DNA of 64,000 nt, taken from positions 620,001 through 684,000 of the forward strand of contig OZ316776.1 of NCBI GenBank assembly GCA_973851085.1, given 5' to 3'. The translations under genes were made by a program, and so were the position numbers. Positions within the stretch are counted from its first letter, which is position 1; each line of letters starts with the position of its first letter. Origin of the DNA: Ptychomitrium polyphyllum (Eukaryota). Shown here piece by piece: positions 54,701 to 64,000 of the stretch. The notes under the pieces are model-generated. The model ran no database searches. It was given only the letters and a program-made list of their open reading frames with translations, and was not told where the DNA came from.

Positions 54701-55392
54701 TTTATTGTGATTCCAACAAAGCGATTTACTTGATTTCATTTTAAAGTATTTTTATGAATCTTCATTATATGTATTTTCAATGCTTGTAGAATTAAGGGCT
54801 ATTTCAATTTCTCTTCCTAGATATATTCCAATTCATATCTTTATAGTACGACCTTCCAGAATAATTAACACTGATATCATAAGAAAATAAATCAACACAT
54901 TCCCAGAAAGTTTGTACCAAAAAAACATAAAACTGTGCTTTCAAGAAAAAAGGTTCCTGACGCATAGGAAGTAACAATTCAAACTACTACATGTTAGCAG
55001 AAGAAGCACACCCAGAGACACGACCATGTAACGACTAACAGAACTCGCTAACGAGGACCGGAGAAGCACACCGCAACGACATGCCATATTAGCGCCAACG
55101 ACACCCAAGTTAAATAATACACAAAGCACAAAGTCCCCTCCCACAAAACCGGCACCAAGTAACACACCAGAAACGTACAACCCTTTGTTACTAAACACAA
55201 AGATCTGACGGCACCCAAGTACAACCACATGAACAAACACATACACACCACCCATCCCATCATAATTCAAAACAAACACCAGCTGCGAATAGTGCCGGAA
55301 GTAGGATGCCTCACGGATTTGAGATCTGTCACCCAAAAAAGAGGAAGCCCGCGCGGGCCCCACATCCCATCGTGAGGATCCAAGGCGCCCGG

Positions 55393-58300
55393 CTGGGCCG
55401 GACCGCGGGGGTTCTTGGCTATTCCCGCCTGAGCCGCGCGGGGGTGGGCTGGGTGGGAGTGGGCGGGGGGGGGGGGGGGTGGGGGGTGCTGCCTTTACTG
55501 GCGCTGCGCAGCGAGGCTGGGCGTCTCTTTGCTCTTCGCTCCTCTCGCAGCACCGGGCCCTCGTTTTTCTCTCCGCGCTCCGAACCCTAGGTTGGCAGGA
55601 TCTCGCTCGCCCCCCGCCCCACCGCGGCCTCGGGTTCGCGCGTCGGAGGGGGATCGTCGCCTGCATTCCCCTCGCCTGCCCCCCCCCATTGCCTGGGCGA
55701 GCGCGCGCTGCGATCGGTTCTTTGGGCGCTGCGACGGGCGCTCCGGGAGGCACCCTGGACGCGTTAGGCGACGCCATGGACTCCGATCAGGGCAAGCTCT
55801 TCATCGGGGGGATATCTTGGGAGACGACGGAGGAGAAGCTGCGCGATTACTTCAAGAGTTACGGCGAGGTGGCGGAGACCGTGATCATGAAGGACCGCGC
55901 CACGGGACGCGCGCGCGGGTTCGGGTTCGTGATCTTCGCGGACCCGAGCGTGGCCGATCGGGTGGCCGGCGAGAAGCACACGATTGACGGCAGAACGGTG
56001 AGTGCTGCTGCCTTGGGCCGGACCCTAGTGTTGTGGGATTGGAGGCAGTGGGGAGAGGGGCGAGGGCGAGGGATGCGTGTCTTGGGGAGAGTGCGTGTGA
56101 TGGAGTGTGTGAGGGCGAGCGCGTGCGTGCGTGCGTGCGTGCGTCTGGTATTGGTGGTGTTGGCGGTCTGTGTGGCAGTTATATAACTAGTGTAGTTTGT
56201 CTTGCGTAAATCTTTTCCTATTCTAGGTGGAAGCGAAAAAAGCTGTGCCGAGGGATGAGCAGCAGAATATGCCTAGGAGCAGCAGCGGGGGTGGCCAAGG
56301 GCCAGCAACGTCGCAGACTAGGACTAAGAAGATATTTGTGGGGGGCTTAGCCTCGACAGTTACAGAGGATGACTTCAAAAAGTATTTCGAGCAGTTTGGT
56401 TCTATTACAGATGTGGTTGTTATGTATGACCACAATACTCAAAGGCCTAGGGGCTTTGGCTTCATCACTTTTGATTCTGAGGATGCAGTTGAGAACGTGA
56501 TCCAAAAGTCGTTCCACGAGCTGAACGACAAGATGGTGGAGGTGAAGAAGGCCATCCCGAAGGAGTTGAGTGCGGGGTCGGGGCGGGCTGCGGGAGGCTT
56601 CGGCGGAGGCGGTCGCGGGGGCGGCAACTACGGATCGGGGTACAGCCAGGGGGGCTACGGGGGCGGGAGTCCGGGCGGGGGGAGTGGGTATGGCGGGCGC
56701 GGCGACAGCCGGTACGGGCCCAGCCCGGGCGGCAGAGGTGGGTATCCGGGATACGGAGCTGCGGGCTACGGCGGTGCAGGATTCGGCAGCAGCGGGGGCT
56801 ACGGCGCGGGGATGAACGGGGGATACGGGGGGAGCGCGTACGGCAGCAGCGGCGGGTATGGCAGCGCCGCGGGAGGGTACGGGAGCGCAGGCTACGGTAG
56901 CGCGCCGGGGGCGGGTGGCTACGGCAGCGCGGCGGGGTATGGCAGCGCGGGCGCGGGGAGCGCGGGGTATGGCAGCGCGCCCGCAGGGGGGAGGAGCGCG
57001 TGGGGGAGCGGAGGCGCTGGGTATGGGACGGGCGCGAGCTCGACTGGGTACGGGGGCAGCGGGAGCGGGAGCATGACGGGATACGGCAATGCGGCGTGGG
57101 GGACGACGGGGAGCGGCGCCGGGGCCGCGGTGAGCTCCGGGTACGGGAGCGGCGGGTACGGCTACGGGAGCAGCGACACAGGCTACGGATCGTCCGGTGG
57201 GTATGGCGGAAGAGGCAGCGGGTACGGGTCGAGCACGGGAGGGTACGGGACGAGCGGTGCCGGGACGGGGAGTGGGAGCTACGGCGGGGGCTATGGAGAT
57301 GCGTATTCGGGGTATGCCGACAACACGTGGAGGTCGTCAGGGACGGACTCGTACAACTCGGCGGCGACGGGATCGGTGGGAGGCGGGACGGGAGGCGGGT
57401 TCGGCGTGGGGGGAGGTGCATCCGCGGACGGAGCGGTGAACGGGACGTCGGGCTATGGTGGGGGATATGGTGTGGCAGGCAGACAGACACAGCGAGGTCC
57501 TGATGCCAGATTCAGGCCCTACCCTGCCGCTGGTGACCGCACTGGCTAGTCACTGCATTTGGTTGCGTACGAGGCTTAGAGGGCAGCATATGTTGATAAG
57601 GTCCTTCGCTTATGAAACTAGTCCTAGCTCGCTGTCCGCCGTCATGTGTGTGCGCTTGGGTGCCTGCTGTGTTTTGCCAGTTGGCAGTGTGGGCAGAGGT
57701 TGGCATGTGGTTGGAATGGTGGTGCGTCTTGGATGTGCGTGTGGGGCTGGGCATGCGGTCGGGGGAACCCTGGGAGGTCCGGACGTCCCGTCCGGGAACG
57801 CCGCGCATGTATGTGGTGGCCGCGATGGCGGAGGCGGTCGTCACGGTGGTGACAGTAGGGTCACAGGGTTGCTAGCAGAGGGGTGGATGTGTCCGCGCGG
57901 ACCCTGCGGACGGCAGTCGGCCCGCGCAATCGCGGCGTCCAGTGCGGTGGGATAGTTTGTGCTGGTTTGTCATGTGGGTGGTGGCCCTGAATGACGCGGT
58001 CCGGTGCCGGTTTCGGAGTGGTCCGTGTTTGGTGGCGTGGGTGTGGCTGGTCGCGACGATGTTAGCGGGGCCTCGATGTGTCGGTGGAAGGTCGGACGGT
58101 ACGCCGGTTCTGAGGTGTGTGTTGTTGCGTGGGCGCAGGTGGTTCAACCTAGTTTACGAGTGGAGGAGGCAGGATTTTGACGACGTTGCCGTCTTGCTAA
58201 GTCTGGAGCGCTTTGCGGTTTGGAGCGAACTGTGTTGTTGATCGGCAATGGAGTGGCCTGCTGTTAGTTTATGGTTTAGGACAATTTATAGGGGAGGTCT

Positions 58301-59292
58301 GAGCCTGAAGTTAGCTGCAGCATTCGATATCTCATCTGTTTTCTTTTTTTTCTTCCCTTTTTCGGTTTCTTTAGAGTTTCGATGTTTTCTGATGGCACTT
58401 AATTCTTTCAGAACTATGTTGTTTAGAAAAGTTGTGCAGACTACATGGGTAAGGAATGCAGCATTACCAGAGTAAATCACTAGATTCTAAACAGGTTTAG
58501 GGACCAGGTGGTGCTATCCTCTTATTTATTTGAGAAGTGCATTTTGTCGTGCAGATGAGACGTTCATTGCATGTGGTTGTGGTGGATGAGGTCGTCGGTC
58601 GTGTGGGTGTGCTTGTATGTGACGATCCAGTGTGTGGAATCCGTTTTGCTTGCCGGGGGTTTGGGTGCGTGTGTCGCTTGGAGCTTTGTTGTGAAGGACG
58701 AGCGGGACGTGCGTGGCATTTTGGGTACGACGCGTTTTGGGGTGTTGGGGAGGGCGCGGGCCGTCGGCGGTGCTGGCGATTTCGACGGTCACGAGCGCCG
58801 TCCGATAGGTCTCGGGGCGCGACCGTGCCGACGGGCGTGCCTCAGCGGCGAAGGTCGGGCGGCATGGGGCAGTGTGGCGGTTCTCGGCGTGGGGCCGTGA
58901 TCCGCGAGCACCTGCTTCCGAGAGCGGCTAGCAGTGGCTGGTGGTCCGAGTTCGAACGTGCGGTCCGTTTGAGTAGGTGGGCAACGGAGCACGATCGAAC
59001 GTAGTCGATCGTGTGTACGATTTAGCGCGCGAGAGAGGCAAAAGACGAGAGTGACGGTTGCGAGAACGCGTGCACTGAAGTGGAAGCAGAACTGGAGAGG
59101 TGTGGCATGCGACACGTCCCGTTGGATTTTGACGGATTGCTGCAACGAGGACGTTGAACGGTCGGGAAATGTGCAGAAGCATGGCTGTCGTATCTGTGAA
59201 TGCCGTTGGCAGCTGGTTTTGGCGGAATATGGCTGTGGTGTCGATGAGCAAGTGGGGCCCTTGGGAAAGCACTTGGACACATCTTTTACTTC
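55393..59292 (+). repeat. Right arm of the ~3.9 kb inverted repeat
   Basis: Reverse complement of 39415-43313. Confidence 0.97.
55776..57549 (+). CDS. hnRNP A1/Musashi-like RNA-binding protein, copy 2 (same protein as copy 1)
   Basis: Exons 55776-55997 and 56227-57549. Translations are identical to the minus-strand copy. Confidence 0.96.
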
Positions 59293-59357
59293 TGCCGGGT
59301 GATTCGTCATGATTTCAATGGAACAGCAAGTTTACTCAAGGTGAGGAAGAATAGTGG

Positions 59358-60280
59358 CTGCTTGATATCGGGGCGAGACACATCCTCAGTATCTGCATCT
59401 GAACTACTGAGGTTCCTGGATGTGCTGTGCGATAAAGCGACGTTGCTTGAAATGGATGAGTTAGGTTTTTAAGTTGGTGTTTGGTTGGGCAGACCTACCA
59501 ACTACGTATCGTTTTGAGATTCTGGATCCGGAACTTCCCACTTCTTTCGAGGGTTGGAGCTAATATTCATGCTCGGAGAGCGGCTGAACTTTGAGATGGA
59601 TCCATTTATACTACATGTCGAGTGGCTAGGTGACTTCAACCTCCAGACACCCAAATCACCTCCTGCTTCCAATTGTGGTAAGACCTCAGCGCCAGTATAC
59701 AGGCCACCAGCTTCGCAGATGAGTTCGACGACATGTAACCCTGTTTCGGTGGGAGAAGTCACGCACAAATAGACCCCATTTGTTAAGCAGGCTAATGTTC
59801 AAATGCATCCGGAAAACAGTTCTCCAGTACACAGAAGAAGTTCGAACAATGAAAGAGAGGATCCCCCGCGAGAAGATTGTTCTGCATGCGACGCTTTCCG
59901 GCAACTTGAGGATCAGTGACTCGCATCCGGAGTTAGTGACTGGATCCTTAAGTACCTAACATCAGTAGTGCCCCAAGTAACTCCACCAAGTGATTACGAG
60001 GGCTACCTTTCATCAGATGGTGCACGTCCTCACGAGGCATTGAAAAACGGTTGAAGTTTTTAAGAGGTAACTACGAAATGAACTCGAGATTAAATCATTG
60101 GATAGCCAAACACCACTCTAGAGAGTTCATACCTGCTCCAGGTCAGAAACTTCAAATGATGGCAATCCCAGCTTCTACACTGTTATCGGAAAATTTCGAA
60201 CTTTCTGGAAGTACGGAAGTGCAGACTGCGCTCCATCAAGGTGGTTTGTAAGAACTGGAGCAGCAACCACCTTTGCTTAC
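59358..60280 (-). pseudogene. KCH pseudogene fragment (exon 3, intron 3 and exon 4)
   Basis: Inverted match to ~2721-3640. In-frame stop (GTG GAG to GTG TAG) near 60175 and a 1-nt deletion at W-K-Q-G (~59663). Confidence 0.93.
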
Positions 60281-60524
60281 AGCGATTGCTGCAAGTATCT
60301 TGGATTGTTTTGTTTATGAAGTTGGAAGGAGTTCGTTTATTTGACACGTCATGATTTAGATTGATGATAGCAAATGGAGAATGGAGTACGAGTTCCCTCT
60401 AAAACTTCGATGGGCTTGACCTTTCGAACGACCTAGTCTTTTACGCAGGCGAATGACTAAGCATAAAAATTCCATATCACACCAATCCTTATGAATGAGG
60501 AAAGGAACCGAAGGCTACCCGGAA

Positions 60525-60680
60525 CATATGACGGTTGATAGCGAGGTAGGACTAGTTTCATAAGCAGAGGACCTTATCCACATGTTCGCCTTTGTGGACG
60601 GCACTCAGATGTAGTGTCTACCCAGGGCAGGGTCCAGCAGCAGGATGTGGAGTGAATGTGGCGTTTTGATCGCGCTGTAC
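60525..60680 (-). pseudogene. Old diverged fragment of the RBP gene (last codons, stop and start of the 3'UTR)
   Basis: Reads QRDQNATFTPHPAAGPCPG* versus QRGPDARFRPYPAAGDRTG* in the RBP. Then gataaggtcctctgcttatgaaactagtcctacctcgct versus gataaggtccttcgcttatgaaactagtcctagctcgct (57595-57633). Confidence 0.85.
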
Positions 60681-60949
60681 AGAACACCTTGTATAGGATG
60701 GAGTTGTACATATTTACAATCTGTTTGTATGTATAGTTACAAGAAGTACTCTTCACGAACACGAAGCCCTCTCCGGAGATCAACCCGAGGCTTCTAAATT
60801 TAAATATTAATCCGAGTATTTTTTAGAACAATAGCATACTAGAATTTAGTTTTTTAATATGACGTGCAAGTATCATTCTTGTTGCATTCTTGACAGCAGC
60901 AAAAGTCACGATTATACGCCCCGAATATATTGAACTCGTTTGACAACGA

Positions 60950-62180
60950 AACATCTTTTTATTATTTTACTGAAGTCGCTGATGACAGAAACGCAAATGA
61001 GGGGGAATGTAAAGGTCCTACAAAGGACTCCATCGCCAGGGACGCTGTTGCAAAGGATCAAATGGCTGCACCCAAGATGAGTTTTACAGCTGCTGCTGCC
61101 GAAAATATTCAGCTGAATTCGAGGCAAACCTGGCTATTTCAACGTCTACCTTGCCCGGCAGCAGCTGTTATGGTGCGCTGGCGCTCGTTCCTCAATGATG
61201 CAGTAGCTTGGTCTTGAACATCAGACGTATCCTTGCTGGCTGTTGGATGTGGATATGCAATCAAATTGAGGCGTTGACGAACCACGTTGGCATCTGTTGA
61301 TTTGACGGTACTTGCCCACAGAACATTGGTTGCCGCATAATTTATCAAAGGGGACATGTCATGCTCGAACTGAAAATTCCCTTGATCCGCAGTGGAAATA
61401 AAACGTAACAACTTCCAAACTCTTTCATCAAGATTGACATCAATCAATAAGGGTGATATTCAATATTACGTTGGCTCATCATAGTGTTGCACGCTATGTA
61501 GGTTTTGCAACGGTGGGGGTGCCTAAAAGTTGCATCATTGTAAGCACAGTCAGATCATTGACTTCATTATCTTCGAAGAATGCCAACTCCTGGTATTTTA
61601 CAGGAACCTTCACACGTTCCAAAACGTCTGTTGGAAGAAAGTCGATGCGAAGTCCTGTATGAACTTGTCGCTTGATGCTCCACCACCCACAGTCCGTTCC
61701 CCACGGTCCACTCCCCTTCCGCCATCCAACTGCATCAAAGCAAACCTCACGAGGTGCCACTGAAGAACACGGGGAGGGATCGTAGTAGTCGTAGCTGCCG
61801 AGATCAATGCCACACAAGTCAACTTACACACACTGCACAAACTCTTCGATCCGCCATCCTCCAGGCACTGTCAAGTAACTCGAGCTATAGAGAAAACCTA
61901 GTGCCACTGCAACCATGTGCCTCTGCATCTTCCACTAAGGCTAGGAGGGCATGGCCTCGTTTGCGCCCCTCAAGGGTGTCCCCTATGATGCCATGACCTC
62001 CATTCATTGTTGTCTGCAACCAGTACCGGAGCAACTGCAACTGTGCAAAGGCGCAAACGAAAGGTACATGCGCCTGGTGCGGATCTGTATACACAGGCCG
62101 TGGGAGCGGAGGAAGGTTTTGCAACTCTAGGGTGCACTTGACGGAGCTTGTGCAGGAAAAGCTTCTTTTTTTCAAAAACC
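60950..62180 (-). pseudogene. Unidentified decayed coding island
   Basis: Three successive minus-strand ORFs (62175-61885, 61817-61494, 61447-61139) in different frames, with protein-like composition, in a GC-balanced block next to AT-rich DNA. No family recognised. Confidence 0.35.
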
Positions 62181-64000
62181 ATTATCTTGACTCAGTATTA
62201 GAACATCGTCACTAGACTGTACCCATCTCTTACGTGTGAATTACTTCCAGTAGAGGTTGCAGAGGGTACGACTTTACTTACTCAGGGTAGTAAGTTTGTC
62301 GCACCGGTCTGAAGTTGGTTGTACAGGGTGTTATGAGTTGCATACTAAGGTTCAAACTTTAACTTAATCTCAGACACTTGGACAACCCTGTTCAATGACC
62401 TGTGTTAACTCACTCACTTAAAGTTGTGATTTTATTGAGAGGTGTGATTTTATTGAATGTATGTTTCCTACTTGAACAGTGGAGTTTAACTGCCATGCCA
62501 CCAAGTTAGACCCATGCCTTCATGTGTCCAGTGCCACATGTTCACATTGTTTTTTCTTATTCATTTCCCAAATTTTATGATGAGGTGAGTTTCTTTTGTT
62601 GATGAAGAATATAAGTCATGAAATATAACTCAAAATTCAATATGTTACTATTTATTTTCATAATTTAATAAAAAAATCCTTTTAATATTTATTATTGATA
62701 CTTATATATAGATTAATTTATATAGTTTGGTCCTTGGGCGCACAAATTTGTTCTAGTGATGATTAGAAGGTACCAATATCAATAATGAATTTTATTTAAA
62801 AAAAAATATTTTCTTAAAATAGTATTAGTATCAAGGTCTTTTGCTTTTTCAATTAAATTTTGCTGTGGTTAGGAATTATTATAATTAGTTATATAAAAAA
62901 CATGTTGATATCCAAATTAATACCAGTAATATGTTGGTTTAGTTTGGTAGTTTTTGTAATTAAATTGACTTAAAAAAAATTATTCATATTTTTAAATTCA
63001 TATATTAATGTGGTTATTAAAATAATAGAAGTTGAATATTTACAAGCCAAATAAATGATGCTTGATATTTTGAAACTTTAAATCCATTAATTTTAAAAAT
63101 AAAATAGTTATCTATCAAAAATATGAAGTCTAAGTACAAATTTGGAACATTGAAATATACAATAAAAATAAATATTAAAATTTCAAAGTAGAAAATAAAA
63201 ATTTTGGAATTATAAATGCAAAAGTTTTCCAATTCAAAGCATATTTAAGTATCCATCATTTATTATTGTCCTTTTTGAAAAATCAACAATTTATATAGTA
63301 TGAATTTAAATAATTTTTTTGAATTGTTCTTTTAGTAATTTTAATGTCATGTCGAAAAGTAAAAAGTTGAATTTTTTGGAGTCAATTGTCATTTTTTAAT
63401 TTTGTAAGTACCTTCACAATGTAGCAATAATGGATGTTGTATTCTATATTGATGTACTTTTACATGTAATTAAAAAAGATTGTAAACATACTGTATACTA
63501 AATTGCAAAATGTGCACTTATGAAGAGTGAATCCTTATCATGGTGGAAATGATGTGACTCCTTCCTAAATTCCATTCATTACCTTTTAAAGTTATCTAAA
63601 TCTTGCTAAACTATAAATTATAGGTCTTTTTATAACCTTAGAAAATTATTACTTTATTAATACTACCATCCCACATATACATATACATATACATTCCATC
63701 TTGTATCACATTTTCATATCTTTGAACAACTAAATTTTTACAAGGAATAACTCAGTTTTTAACCAAAGCTTATAAATCAACCACTTGTGTATAATCCTAA
63801 TTATAAATACAATAGCTTCAAAAGTCTTTAATTGTATATTCATAAGAATATATTCTCTTCTTTCATTAGATTCTACACCTTCATAAATTGAACATTTAAA
63901 TATGGAGAAGTTTTAAAAGTGTTTCAAACCATTCAAAACTATTCTATATAAAAATAGGCTGTGCTTTGTGTGTGGGAGATATTTGGGTTCCACCTCCGTA

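Noticed and set aside
55479..55775. 99-aa N-terminal extension of the RBP ORF in the ORF track
   Set aside because: It starts at a non-ATG codon in GC-rich leader sequence. The family-typical start is MDSDQGKLFIGG at 55776.
56118..56144. (GCGT)n microsatellite in the RBP intron
   Set aside because: Ordinary simple repeat, notable only for having the same length in both arms.

Overview
This is eukaryotic land-plant DNA with spliceosomal introns, Dof, KCH and plastid-type ADT genes, and AT-rich TE spacers. The repeat families and composition look moss-like (Physcomitrium/Funariaceae), which is an inference. Intact genes: a multi-exon kinesin-14 KCH (CH domain plus motor, + strand, 1247-10874/11548) with a U12-type AT-AC intron; an atypical Dof-like zinc-finger gene (- strand); an 11-exon arogenate/prephenate dehydratase (+ strand); and two apparently identical hnRNP A1-like 2xRRM glycine-rich RNA-binding protein (RBP) genes forming a ~3.9 kb inverted repeat around ADT. 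About 14-37 kb is a nest of LTR retroelements: a chromovirus inserted into an older PHD-finger-bearing Gypsy integrase, solo LTRs with target-site duplications (TSDs), and Copia relics. The most notable structure is a window-wide mirror: KCH(+), RBP(-), ADT, RBP(+), KCH pseudogene(-). It also carries two more RBP fragments and stepwise identity tracts, which suggests an old inverted duplication repeatedly homogenised by gene conversion. I found no evidence of a new enzymatic system. The main uncharacterised items are this palindromic architecture, a conserved RBP 3'UTR element, the divergent Dof domain and an unidentified decayed ORF island at 61-62 kb. Exon boundaries and identity values were read by eye.
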